32,000 bases of DNA from an archaeon (GTDB lineage Archaea; Iainarchaeota; Iainarchaeia; Iainarchaeales; JANQMZ01): NCBI GenBank assembly GCA_028279805.1, contig JANQMZ010000007.1, forward strand, positions 30,001 to 62,000, read 5' to 3'. The notes beneath the pieces are model-generated. The model saw only the letters and a program-made list of their open reading frames with translations, had not been told where the DNA came from and did no database searches. Below, piece by piece: positions 1 to 9,289 of the stretch. The translations under genes and the position numbers were made by a program. Within the stretch, counting starts at the first letter, position 1, and each line of letters starts with the position of its first letter.

Positions 1-152
1 CATACCTGAAAAGCATTAGGCCTTAAAACAATGCATCCTGAAACGCTTGAATGTTCCGCCAATTCGGCTTTTTGTATTATTTGTGAATACCATTCGGAAA
101 AATCTTTTTCTTTTTTAACAGTCAATCCCTGCATTTCCTCTTTTTTAGCCAT
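1..152 (-). CDS. proS: Prolyl-tRNA synthetase, N-terminal fragment (gene continues past the window start)
   Basis: Not in the ORF track. Hand translation of the minus strand from the ATG at 152-150 gives MAKKEEMQGLTVKKEKDFSEWYSQIIQKAELAEHSSVSGCIVLRPNAFQV(W), open to position 1. DFSEWY...QKAEL...GC.V.RP matches the conserved N-terminus of archaeal/Thermus-type ProRS as I recall it. Confidence 0.75.
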   Translation of the reverse strand, partial: MAKKEEMQGLTVKKEKDFSEWYSQIIQKAELAEHSSVSGCIVLRPNAFQV

Positions 153-206
153 ATTATTACCAATACATTCTCTTGCTTTTAATTCATGTGCTATCTTTAG
201 ACAGCA

Positions 207-222
207 ATTATGGGCCCATAAT
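207..222. repeat. 16-nt perfect palindrome ATTATGGGCCCATAAT between tRNA-Pro and the proS start
   Basis: Read directly: 207-222 equals its own reverse complement. It has a GC core (GGGCCC) in otherwise AT-rich spacer, and flanking GC/GC (204-205 with 224-225) can extend pairing after one mismatch. Function unknown. Confidence 0.6.
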
Positions 223-236
223 CGCGGCCAGGCGAG

Positions 237-311
237 TGGGGCTACCGAGATTCGAACTCGGGTCCTAAGCTCCCAAAGCTCAAATGCTAGACCTGACTAC
301 ACCATAGCCCC
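237..311 (-). tRNA. tRNA-Pro (anticodon UGG)
   Basis: Minus strand folds by hand into a cloverleaf. Acceptor GGGGCTA/TAGCCCC is 7 bp perfect; the D arm has GG in its loop. Anticodon stem is TGAGC/GCTTA with loop TTTGGGA (anticodon TGG, G37). T arm is CCGAG-TTCGAAT-CTCGG, discriminator A. No intron and no encoded CCA. Confidence 0.9.
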
Positions 312-400
312 ATTCAGTACTAAAATTTGTTTAAATTTCTTTTTAAACTCTCTTTTTTTTGGCAAAAAGTGTTTTTAATAATTCTGACAATTAAAGTATA

Positions 401-2215
401 ATGCTTTTCAAACACTTGGCCCAGACGTTTAATTCTGTGGAGAATGCTTCTTCAAGGCTGGAAATGACTTCAATTATTTCCCAAATTTTTGAAAAAGCAT
501 CTTCTGATGAAATTTCCCAGATTGTTTACTTGTTTCAGGGCAATCTCGGACCTGCTTTTCAGGAATTGGATTTTGGCTTGGGTGAAAAACTTGTAATTCA
601 GTCTTTGTCAAAAATTTCAGGTTTTAGCGAAAAAGACATTAACACAGAATATTCAAAAAAAGGTGATTTGGGTTTGGTTACAGAAGAACTTGTTTCCAAA
701 AAAAAGCAAAAATCTTTGTTTGTTGAAAATTTAACCGTTGAAAAAGTTTTTTCAAATTTTTTAAAACTTGCAAAAGTTTCAGGAACCGGTTCACAGGAAT
801 TGAAAAAAAAACTGTTAGCTGAATTAATCAATTCAGCGCAAAAACTTGAAGCCCGTTATATTGTGAGAATGCCTCTGCAAACTTTGCGTCTGGGAATTGG
901 TGATCCGACTTTGATGGACGCATTATCTTTAAATTATTTAAAACAATTCCGTTTAAAAGAAAAAACGCTTGAAGAAAATTTTAAAAAAAAGTTTAAAAAA
1001 GAGGAAGATATTTCAAGACAAATGCGCATGAAACTCAGGGAAAAAATTGAAACTGTTTACAACGTTCATCCTGACCTGGGTTTTATTGCATCTGAATTAA
1101 AACAGCATGGCCTTAAAGCTTTGCAAAAAATTTCAATTACTCCCGGAATTCCAATCCGCCCTACACTTGCTGAGCGTTTGACTACTCCGAAAGAAATTGT
1201 TGAAAAGATAGGAAAATGTTTTATTGAATGGAAATATGACGGTTTCAGGTTACAGGTTCATGTTGATAACGATGATGTTAAAATTTTTTCAAGAAAACAG
1301 GAAAACATGACTTCAATGTTTCCTGATTTGGTTAAAGCTGTTAAACAACATTTTAAAGCAAAAAAAGCCATTTTTGAAGGGGAAGCTCTGGCTATTGATT
1401 CAACCGGAAAATTTTTGCCTTTTCAGGTTACAATTCAGCGTAAAAGAAAATATGACATTGATGAAATGGTTAAAAAATTGCCGTTAAAATTTTTTGCTTT
1501 TGATATTCTTTTTTTAAACGGAAAAAATTTAATGAATTTAAATTTTAAGGAAAGAAGAAAAATTCTTTCAGATTCAATCAAAAAAAATGAAACTGTTTCT
1601 TTAACAAAAGGAATTGAAACCGATAAACCTGAAGAAATTGAATCCTTTTTTACAGAATCTTTGGAATTAGGATTGGAAGGAATAATTGCAAAAGATTTGA
1701 ATGCAGAATATGTTGTTGGCGCCAGAAAATTTTCATGGATTAAATTAAAAAAATCATATAAAAACGAGTCTTTTGACACTGTTGACCTTGTTATAATCGG
1801 TTTTTTTTCAGGAAAAGGGGCAAGATCCAAATTTGGCTTGGGCGGATTGCTTGTTGCATCCTATAACAAAGAAAATGATTTGTTTGAAAGCATTGCAAAA
1901 ATCGGCACAGGTTTTTCAGAAGAGCAATTAGCCGAATTTTTCAAAAAACTTTCCAAAAAAACACTTGACAAAAAGCATCCCCGCATTTTATCCGAATTAA
2001 AACCGGATTACTGGGTTTCACCTGAATTTGTTATTGAAATTGCTTTTGATGAAATAACAAAAAGTCCCACGCACATGTCTGCAAAAAACCTGATTGGCTC
2101 CGGTTTAGCTTTAAGGTTTCCGCGGTTAATTCAGGAAAGACCTGACAGGCTTCCTGAAGATGCCACTACAAGCGAGGAAATAGTGGAAATGTTTAACAAA
2201 CAGAAAAGCGTTTAA
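401..2215 (+). CDS. lig: ATP-dependent DNA ligase
   Basis: 604 aa. Nucleotidyltransferase motifs: EWKYDGFR (KxDG adenylation lysine), FEGEALAID, FAFDILFLNG, EGIIAK, WIKLKKSY and LRFPRLIQERPD (motif VI). Confidence 0.95.
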   Translation: MLFKHLAQTFNSVENASSRLEMTSIISQIFEKASSDEISQIVYLFQGNLGPAFQELDFGLGEKLVIQSLSKISGFSEKDINTEYSKKGDLGLVTEELVSKKKQKSLFVENLTVEKVFSNFLKLAKVSGTGSQELKKKLLAELINSAQKLEARYIVRMPLQTLRLGIGDPTLMDALSLNYLKQFRLKEKTLEENFKKKFKKEEDISRQMRMKLREKIETVYNVHPDLGFIASELKQHGLKALQKISITPGIPIRPTLAERLTTPKEIVEKIGKCFIEWKYDGFRLQVHVDNDDVKIFSRKQENMTSMFPDLVKAVKQHFKAKKAIFEGEALAIDSTGKFLPFQVTIQRKRKYDIDEMVKKLPLKFFAFDILFLNGKNLMNLNFKERRKILSDSIKKNETVSLTKGIETDKPEEIESFFTESLELGLEGIIAKDLNAEYVVGARKFSWIKLKKSYKNESFDTVDLVIIGFFSGKGARSKFGLGGLLVASYNKENDLFESIAKIGTGFSEEQLAEFFKKLSKKTLDKKHPRILSELKPDYWVSPEFVIEIAFDEITKSPTHMSAKNLIGSGLALRFPRLIQERPDRLPEDATTSEEIVEMFNKQKSV

Positions 2216-2216
2216 T

Positions 2217-2462
2217 TTGTTGGTTAAAATGAGCATTAAAAGCATTTCAAGCACAACTTTGAAAATAATCATTTTTTTAATAGTTTTTTCTTTTACTGCC
2301 TGGTGGCTGATTCAGTTAAAAATCTGGAGTGTTGATTTTACCAAAATTTTTTTCCGTTCAGGCCGATGGCTTGAATTAATTTTTGTTGCATTGGCTGTTT
2401 ATTTTGTTTCTGAAGTCCTTACAAAATTATTGCAATGGTTTTTCAGGGCGGAGATGAGATAA
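2217..2462 (+). CDS. Small hypothetical membrane protein (about 2 TM helices)
   Basis: 81-aa ORF starting 1 nt after the lig stop (TTG at 2217, or ATG at 2229). Two hydrophobic segments (IIIFLIVFSFTAWWLI; LELIFVALAVYFVSEVL). Its stop overlaps the next start (TAATG at 2460-2464). No family recognised. Confidence 0.5.
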   Translation: MLVKMSIKSISSTTLKIIIFLIVFSFTAWWLIQLKIWSVDFTKIFFRSGRWLELIFVALAVYFVSEVLTKLLQWFFRAEMR

Positions 2463-3466
2463 TGGAAACTCCTTTCAAATTACTGGTTTATGGCATAACT
2501 GCTTTGGCTTTGATTGCAGTAATTTCAGTTTTTATTTTCGGACAATGTTTTTTGTTTTGTTCAGACCCGAATGATGAAATAAAAGAATTGCTTGATTTTG
2601 CGGAAATAAAAACAGGAAAATTTTCAGAAAAAGAACTGCTTTTTCCTTCAGAGTTTGTAACAAAAGCCGAAATTTTTGATTCGGAATCAAGATCTGTTAT
2701 TTTTGAATGCAACGATTTAACTGTTTGCTGTCCAAAAGACAATACGCAGGAATGTTCAAAGCAGGTTGAATGGAATGAAAGAACTTTTTCTGTTAAAAGT
2801 GAAAAAAGGTTACCGGTTTTTTCAAGATGCAGGTTTGAAGAGTTAGCTATTTGCAAAGTTTTTATAGGAAAAGAACCGGCACAACTTGATTTTGAAATGT
2901 TTTTTCCTGAAACATTAAACCTTTCATCTTCTCAAACTTTAAACGGAACAATAACCGTTTCAAATTCCGGCAAGGAAAGAATTCTTGTTGTTGATATTGT
3001 TTCAAAAATTTTTTCACTAAGTTTTGATGAGGGTTTTGCAAAAAAAAATCTTTTCAGTGAAAGCAAAACAACTTTATTTCCCCAAACAGAAAACACTGTA
3101 ATTGCTTTGGAGCCAAACCAGTCACATTCACGCGATTTAGCCTTAAAAGTGGGTTCTGCCGGCTCTTATCTTGCCCAGATTACTGTTGTTGAAAGAAATG
3201 ATCTGACAAATTTTGAAATGGGGTCTGCAGAATTTGATGTTACCGGTGTTTTTTCGGGAAATGAATGTGAAGCTGTTGAAAATTCCAAAAAATTTTCAAG
3301 AATTGAAAATGAACAATGCTTTATTTCCTATGATTGTTCCGGTTGCCTGTTAACAAGTGACTGCATTAATGCCTGGAACAAAAAAGGTGTAAATGTTTCT
3401 TCACAGCATGGTGATAATGAAAAAGTTTTTGAAATTGTTTCCCAAACTGATTCTTTTTGCTCTTAA
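2462..3466 (+). CDS. Cys-rich N-terminally anchored or secreted hypothetical protein
   Basis: I prefer the ATG at 2462 (METPFKLLVYGITALALIAVISVFIFG...) over the track start at 2435. One N-terminal hydrophobic helix is followed by about 300 aa with 14 Cys in clusters (CFLFC, CNDLTVCCPKDNTQEC, CFISYDCSGCLLTSDC). The central stretch LNGTITVSNSGKERILVVDI resembles CARDB-type beta-sandwich strands. No confident family. Confidence 0.6.
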   Translation: METPFKLLVYGITALALIAVISVFIFGQCFLFCSDPNDEIKELLDFAEIKTGKFSEKELLFPSEFVTKAEIFDSESRSVIFECNDLTVCCPKDNTQECSKQVEWNERTFSVKSEKRLPVFSRCRFEELAICKVFIGKEPAQLDFEMFFPETLNLSSSQTLNGTITVSNSGKERILVVDIVSKIFSLSFDEGFAKKNLFSESKTTLFPQTENTVIALEPNQSHSRDLALKVGSAGSYLAQITVVERNDLTNFEMGSAEFDVTGVFSGNECEAVENSKKFSRIENEQCFISYDCSGCLLTSDCINAWNKKGVNVSSQHGDNEKVFEIVSQTDSFCS

Positions 3467-4149
3467 TTTTTTTTAACCAGTTCTGCTTTTTTTATTTTTA
3501 ATTCGCCCCATGAACCCTGCCATTTTTTTTCAGTTTCAATTATTTTTATTTTTTTCTTAAACAAAGGTGAATCAATTACAAATGTTTCAAATTCTCCTCC
3601 TTCTCCGACCAAGGAAATTCCGAATTTTTCTTTTAATTTTTTTAATTCTTCCAGTGCTTTTTCATCCAGCATTTTTCCAAGCCAGTTTTCATCCAAACCC
3701 CCTGCACCAACTCCGACAATTATTATTTTAAATCCCAAATCAATCATTTCCTTAATCAATGTTTCTTCATCTTCCTGCCACATCGGAGTAATGCTTTTCA
3801 TTTTCAAATCGTCACAAATTTTTGCAATTCTTTCACTTTGATACCTTGAAGCATTTGCACCTGAAATAACTCCCTCTATCTTTAACTCTTTTTTTACATC
3901 TTTTAAAATTTCTTTTAAATCCTCTAATTCTTTTTCTTTTTTTCCGCTTGATTCTTTTTCAATTAAAGGCAAATCCATTGCCTGCGCTCCATACTCTGTC
4001 AGGTGAACATTTGGCACATGATACATGTAAGAATCATGCCTTTTTGGCATTATGGTAATCAGCGTTACAATTTCATGCCCTTGCTTCATTGCCCTGTAAA
4101 TTGAAAAAAGAGAGTCTTTTCCGCCTGAAAACAATGCCGCTGTACGCAT
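3463..4149 (-). CDS. dph6: Diphthine-ammonia ligase (diphthamide synthase, PP-loop ATP pyrophosphatase domain)
   Basis: 228 aa. PP-loop AALFSGGKDS at the N-terminus and GEGGEFETFV near the C-terminus, typical of the MJ0570/Dph6 N-terminal domain family. Confidence 0.8.
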   Translation of the reverse strand: MRTAALFSGGKDSLFSIYRAMKQGHEIVTLITIMPKRHDSYMYHVPNVHLTEYGAQAMDLPLIEKESSGKKEKELEDLKEILKDVKKELKIEGVISGANASRYQSERIAKICDDLKMKSITPMWQEDEETLIKEMIDLGFKIIIVGVGAGGLDENWLGKMLDEKALEELKKLKEKFGISLVGEGGEFETFVIDSPLFKKKIKIIETEKKWQGSWGELKIKKAELVKKN

Positions 4150-4234
4150 TTACCATTTTTTACAACATTGCCCTTAAATGCTTTTTCCTGCAAAAGAGCA
4201 GAATTTTAAACAATTATGCCCATATTTTTGCTGA

Positions 4235-5545
4235 ATGGCTTTGATTGATTCTTTTTTAAAAAAAAACAACCTAAAAACAGGCGATTTTGTTCAGCTAAAC
4301 TGGAATAAACAGCTGATTGAGGGAACAATTTTTCCCGCACAGGATTCTGACACTTTGGTTTTAAAATTAGCCTCAGGATACAATGTAGGACTGAAAACTG
4401 AAAATATTTCAAATATTAAAAAAATCAAATCACAGGAAAAAACAAAACAAAAACAGCAACAAATCAAATCAAATCCGAATCTGCCGGCATTATCCATTAT
4501 TCACACAGGCGGAACAATTGCAAGCAGGGTTGATTACAAAACCGGTGCAGTAATTCCAAGTTTTACTCCTGAAGATTTGTTTGAAATGTTTCCTGATTTA
4601 AACAAAATTGCAAACCTTAACTGCATTTTTTTCGGAAACATTTTATCTGAAAATATTAGTTTTAAAATTTTTTCAAAAATAGCACAGGAAATTAAAAAAG
4701 AAATTGACAAAGGAGTTAAAGGCATTATTGTAACACATGGCACTGACACAATGCATTATTCTGCCGCTGCATTGTCTTTTATGTTTGAAAATTTGCCTGT
4801 GCCAATAATTTTTGTAGGAGCACAGCGTTCAAGTGATCGTGGCTCAAGTGATTCAAATTTAAATCTTTTATCAGCTGCAAAATTTATAACTGAAACAAAT
4901 TTTACAGGCGTGGCATTATGCATGCATTCTTCAATGAATGATGACTTGTGCAACATTTTGCCAGCTACAAATTCACGAAAATTGCATTCTTCAAGAAGAG
5001 ATGCTTTTAAGCCTGTTAATGCTTTGCCTTTGGCTTCAATTGATTTTAACAAAAATAAAATTTCTAAAAAAAGTTTTCCGACACTCTCTGACAAACTGGT
5101 TTTCAGGCCAAAACTTGAAGAAAAAGTTGCATTGTTAAAATCTTATCCTAACCTGTCTGCAGAACAAATTGATTTTTTTAAAAAAAACAAATTTAAAGGA
5201 CTGATTTTTGAAGGAACCGGTTTGGGGCATTTGCCTGTTCTTGATTCAAAAGAAAATGAAAAAATTCTCACAAGCATTAAAAGCCTGGTCAAATCAGGCT
5301 GCATTGTTGCAATGTCCACTCAGACAATTTTTGGCAGGGTTGACATGAATGTTTATTCTGCTGGCAGAATTCTGGCAGACGCGGGTGTTTTAAGCTGTGA
5401 AAACATGCTTTCAGAAACAGCCTTGTTAAAGCTCGCATGGCTTTTGGGCAATTTTAAGCCAAATGAAGCAAAAAAACTTTTATCCAAAAACCTGCGCGGT
5501 GAAATTTCATCAAAATCGGATATAAGGCAACCTGACCTGAATTAG
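4235..5545 (+). CDS. gatD: Glutamyl-tRNA(Gln) amidotransferase subunit D
   Basis: 436 aa. Asparaginase-type motifs HTGGTIAS and THGTDTM follow the roughly 90-aa N-terminal domain typical of archaeal GatD. Confidence 0.9.
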   Translation: MALIDSFLKKNNLKTGDFVQLNWNKQLIEGTIFPAQDSDTLVLKLASGYNVGLKTENISNIKKIKSQEKTKQKQQQIKSNPNLPALSIIHTGGTIASRVDYKTGAVIPSFTPEDLFEMFPDLNKIANLNCIFFGNILSENISFKIFSKIAQEIKKEIDKGVKGIIVTHGTDTMHYSAAALSFMFENLPVPIIFVGAQRSSDRGSSDSNLNLLSAAKFITETNFTGVALCMHSSMNDDLCNILPATNSRKLHSSRRDAFKPVNALPLASIDFNKNKISKKSFPTLSDKLVFRPKLEEKVALLKSYPNLSAEQIDFFKKNKFKGLIFEGTGLGHLPVLDSKENEKILTSIKSLVKSGCIVAMSTQTIFGRVDMNVYSAGRILADAGVLSCENMLSETALLKLAWLLGNFKPNEAKKLLSKNLRGEISSKSDIRQPDLN

Positions 5546-5591
5546 AAAGCTTTAAAATCATTTTCCGCTTTTTTTTGATTTTAGGGATTTA

Positions 5592-6533
5592 ATGTCTGCT
5601 GTTTTAAAAATTCCAAAATTTTTTCACAAACATTTTGTAAATGTTGAAGATTTGTCAAAAAAAGACATTGAAAACATTTTATCTTTAACTCAAACACTTG
5701 AATCAATGTCAAGAAAATCCAAAAATTTTATTGCTGAAAATAAAATCATTGCCAATCTTTTTTTTGAGCCGAGCACCAGGACAAGGCTGAGCTTTGAATC
5801 AGCTGCTTATAGTCTGGGTGCAAAAGTTTTAACTGTTGCTGAACCAAACACATCTTCCATAAGCAAAGGTGAAACAATTGAAGACACAATAAAAGTTGTT
5901 TCAAATTATTGTGACTTGATTGTAATGCGTTCATCAAATGATTTGCCTTTACAAGCTTCAGCTGTTTCAGATGTTCCTGTTATTAATGCCGGTTCCGGAA
6001 CTCTTAAACATCCTACCCAGGCTTTAACCGATTTGTATGCTGTGAAAAAAAAATTTAACAAATTGTCAAATTTAAATATTGCATTTGTAGGTGATTTGAA
6101 ACATTCACGTGCAGTTAATTCCCTTGCTTTGGCGTTTTCAAAATTTTCAAACAACAATTTTTTCTTCATTTCACCAGAAGAATTAAAATTGTCTTCAGCT
6201 GTTTTCAAAAAAGTAAAAGAAAAATCAAATGTTTCCCAGCTTGATTCTTTTAATAAAATTTTGCCGGAACTTGACATAATTTATTTGACCCGTTTACAAA
6301 GAGAACGTTTTAAAAATTTTAAAAAATTTGAAAAAGCTTATGTTTTAAATTCAAATTCTTTGAAAAATGTTAAAAAAAATCTTATAATAATGCATCCTTT
6401 GCCAAGAACAAATGAAATTCCTGTTTCTCTGGACAAATCAAAACATTCTTATTATTTTGAACAGGCGGCATGCGGTGTTCCCGTCCGGGAAGCTCTTTTA
6501 ACCCTTTTATTAAAACAAAAAAAAAGTGTTTGA
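5592..6533 (+). CDS. pyrB: Aspartate carbamoyltransferase catalytic subunit
   Basis: 313 aa. Motifs FFEPSTRTRLSFE, HPTQAL and HPLPR. Confidence 0.95.
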   Translation: MSAVLKIPKFFHKHFVNVEDLSKKDIENILSLTQTLESMSRKSKNFIAENKIIANLFFEPSTRTRLSFESAAYSLGAKVLTVAEPNTSSISKGETIEDTIKVVSNYCDLIVMRSSNDLPLQASAVSDVPVINAGSGTLKHPTQALTDLYAVKKKFNKLSNLNIAFVGDLKHSRAVNSLALAFSKFSNNNFFFISPEELKLSSAVFKKVKEKSNVSQLDSFNKILPELDIIYLTRLQRERFKNFKKFEKAYVLNSNSLKNVKKNLIIMHPLPRTNEIPVSLDKSKHSYYFEQAACGVPVREALLTLLLKQKKSV

Positions 6534-7826
6534 ATGCTTACTTTTAAAAATGCCCAGATTTTTGTCCAAAACAAGCTTATTAAAGCTGATTTAAGCACTG
6601 AATCGGGTAAAATTGTTCACATTAAAAAAAACATTAAATCAGGTGAAAAAATTGACTGTTCGGGCAAAATTATTCTGCCGGGCTTAATTGATCCCCATGT
6701 TCATTTCAGGACTCCCGGGGAAGAATTTAAAGAGGACTGGGTTTCAGGAAGCAAAGCCGCTGTAGCCGGAGGCATTACAACAGTTTTTGACATGCCCAAC
6801 AACAAGCCTCCTGTTGTAACTGTTAAAAATTTGAATGAAAAGAAAAAAACCGTTTTAAAAAAATCTTTAACAAATTTTGGCTTATTTTTTGCGGTTAATA
6901 ATAAAAATTTTGATGAAATCAAAAAAGCCCAGAATATTGCCGGATTAAAACTTTACATGGGAGAATCAACCGGCAAAATAAATGTTGATTCCAAATATTT
7001 TGAAAAAATTTTTTCATTTGCTTCAAATCAAAACATTTTGCTGGCATTGCATGCTGAAAATCAAAACATTATTGATGCAAATATTGAAAAAGCAAAACAA
7101 AAAACTCAAAATCCGGAACTTCATTCTTTTATAAGAAACTCTGAAGCTGAACTTGAAGCTGTTAAAAAATCTTTACAGTTGCATGGTTCAAACAAAATGC
7201 ATTTTTGCCACATGTCTTCTGAATCAGGTGTAAATTTTCTGCAAAAAAACAAAAACAGTTTAATTTCCTGTGAGGTTTCCCCTCATCATCTGTTTTTATC
7301 TGAAAAAAATTATAAAAAGCTTGGAAATTTGTGCAAAATTAATCCTGCTTTAAAATCTGAAAAAGACAGATTGTTTTTGTTAAACTCTTTGAAAAATGAA
7401 CACATTAATATTATTGCTTCTGACCATGCTCCTCACACTCTGGAAGAAAAAGAAAAAGATTACTGGAATGCTCCTGCAGGAATTCCCGGAGTCGAAACAA
7501 TGTTACCTTTAATGCTGGATGCTGTTAACAAAAATTTGATTGAATTGAAAACAGTTGTAAATGCGATGAGTAAAAATATTGTCAAAATTTTCGGATTGCA
7601 CAATAAGGGTTTGATTAAGGAAGGTTTTGATGCTGATCTGACCATCATTGATTTGAAAAAAGAATGGATTGTCAAATCTGATAAAATGCATTCAAAAGCA
7701 GGCTGGACTCCTTTTGAAGGCTGGAAACTTAAAGGAAAACCTGTTTTAACTGTCGTAAATGGGATTATAAAGTTTAACAACAATAATGTTGTAAGCAATG
7801 TCCCTGCACAAGAGGTTTTATTTTAG
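6534..7826 (+). CDS. pyrC: Dihydroorotase
   Basis: 430 aa. Amidohydrolase motifs DPHVHFR and ASDHAPH. The ATG directly abuts the pyrB stop (TGAATG). Confidence 0.9.
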   Translation: MLTFKNAQIFVQNKLIKADLSTESGKIVHIKKNIKSGEKIDCSGKIILPGLIDPHVHFRTPGEEFKEDWVSGSKAAVAGGITTVFDMPNNKPPVVTVKNLNEKKKTVLKKSLTNFGLFFAVNNKNFDEIKKAQNIAGLKLYMGESTGKINVDSKYFEKIFSFASNQNILLALHAENQNIIDANIEKAKQKTQNPELHSFIRNSEAELEAVKKSLQLHGSNKMHFCHMSSESGVNFLQKNKNSLISCEVSPHHLFLSEKNYKKLGNLCKINPALKSEKDRLFLLNSLKNEHINIIASDHAPHTLEEKEKDYWNAPAGIPGVETMLPLMLDAVNKNLIELKTVVNAMSKNIVKIFGLHNKGLIKEGFDADLTIIDLKKEWIVKSDKMHSKAGWTPFEGWKLKGKPVLTVVNGIIKFNNNNVVSNVPAQEVLF

Positions 7827-7829
7827 GAG

Positions 7830-8432
7830 TTGGTTGGATTGGATGATAAGGAAAAAATCGCTTTGTCTTTGCATGAAATTGGTGCAATAAAATTTGGCAA
7901 TTTTACTTTAAAGGACGGTTCTCAAAGTCCTTTTTATATTGATTTGAGAATTTTGGTTTCTTTTCCCGAAAAACTGAAAGAAATTGCCAATGCTTTGATT
8001 AAAATTTCAAAAAAATTAACTTTTCACAGAATTGCAGGCATTCCTTATGCTGCCATTCCCATTGCAACAGCTGTAAGCTTAAAATCCGGATTTCCTTTGG
8101 TTTATCCCAGAAAAGAACAAAAAGGTTACGGAACCAAAAGGCAGATTGAAGGAATTCATAAAACCGCTGAAACTGTTCTTGTTTATGATGATTTAATTAC
8201 AACCGGTGCCAGCAAGTTTGAAGCTATTAAACCTTTGGAAGATGCTAATTTAAGAGTCAAGGATATTGTTGTTCTGGTTGACAGGGAACAGGGTGGAAAA
8301 GAAACAGTTGAAGCCCGTGGCTACAAATTTCATTCTGTTTTAACCATTACTGAAATTTTGAATTCATTAAAAAAAAATAATAAAATTTCAAAAGAAGAAT
8401 TTGACAAAGTCACTGATTATTTGGGTAAGTGA
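7830..8432 (+). CDS. pyrE: Orotate phosphoribosyltransferase
   Basis: 200 aa. PRPP-binding loop VLVYDDLITTGAS. No in-frame ATG near the 5' end, so the start is TTG (7830 or 7839). Confidence 0.9.
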   Translation: MVGLDDKEKIALSLHEIGAIKFGNFTLKDGSQSPFYIDLRILVSFPEKLKEIANALIKISKKLTFHRIAGIPYAAIPIATAVSLKSGFPLVYPRKEQKGYGTKRQIEGIHKTAETVLVYDDLITTGASKFEAIKPLEDANLRVKDIVVLVDREQGGKETVEARGYKFHSVLTITEILNSLKKNNKISKEEFDKVTDYLGK

Positions 8433-9289
8433 TTTTAGTGTTTGTTGAAAAATTAAAAACTTCTTCTCAGAAAAACAATTCAATTGTTTGCGTTGGCATA
8501 GACCCTGTGCTTGAAAAAATTCCTTTAACTGAATCTTCTGTTCAGAAAAAAATTGAAAAGTTTTATTCTGAAATTTTTAATGCTTTTGAATCTGAAAATG
8601 TTTTGCCTAGCGCGGTTAAACCAAATTATGCTTTTTTTGCACAATACGGTTTTCCGGGTTTAAATGCTTTGCAGACTGTTATTAAAATGTGCCAGAATTT
8701 TTCTCTTCCGGTAATTTTGGATGCAAAACGCGGAGACATCGGTTCAACTGCAGAAGCTTATGCCAAAGAAATTTTTGAATTCTGGACAGCTGATGCAACA
8801 ACTTTATCGCCTTTCATGGGCACTGATTCAGTTCAGCCTTTTGTAAAACAGGCTGAAAAAGGGTTTGGAATTTATCTTCTGAACCGAACTTCAAATCCGG
8901 GCGCGGCAGACTTTCAATCCTTAAAAACCGAAAATTTGCCTTTATTTCTTCAAATTTCTCAAAAAATAGCTGAATGGGCTCAGAATGCTTCAGGCAATGT
9001 TGGGGCGGTTGTGGGTGCCACATCCATTGAAGAATTAGCCCAGATTGGCCGGTTTTTTGCCCAAAATTCCAAAAATCCTGTTCCTCTGCTTATTCCGGGT
9101 GTCGGAGCACAGGGAGGCTCAGCTTCAGATGTTTCCAAAAAACTGAAATCCATTTATGATGATGTGTCAATTCATTTGATTAATTCTTCTTCCGGAATAA
9201 ATTATGCTTATCAAAAAACTGATTCTGATGATTTTGCAGGAGAAGCCGTTAAAGCGTTAAAAGAATTAAACAAGGAAATTAATCTATAA
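8429..9289 (+). CDS. pyrF: Orotidine-5'-phosphate decarboxylase (long, type 2)
   Basis: 286 aa. Motifs DAKRGDIGST and PGVGAQGG. The GTG start overlaps the pyrE stop (GTGA). Confidence 0.9.
   Translation: MILVFVEKLKTSSQKNNSIVCVGIDPVLEKIPLTESSVQKKIEKFYSEIFNAFESENVLPSAVKPNYAFFAQYGFPGLNALQTVIKMCQNFSLPVILDAKRGDIGSTAEAYAKEIFEFWTADATTLSPFMGTDSVQPFVKQAEKGFGIYLLNRTSNPGAADFQSLKTENLPLFLQISQKIAEWAQNASGNVGAVVGATSIEELAQIGRFFAQNSKNPVPLLIPGVGAQGGSASDVSKKLKSIYDDVSIHLINSSSGINYAYQKTDSDDFAGEAVKALKELNKEINL

Noticed and set aside
31-378. 115-aa plus-strand ORF from the track
   Set aside because: It runs antisense through the proS N-terminus and straight across the tRNA-Pro gene. It has no recognisable motif and is explained by the minus-strand features.
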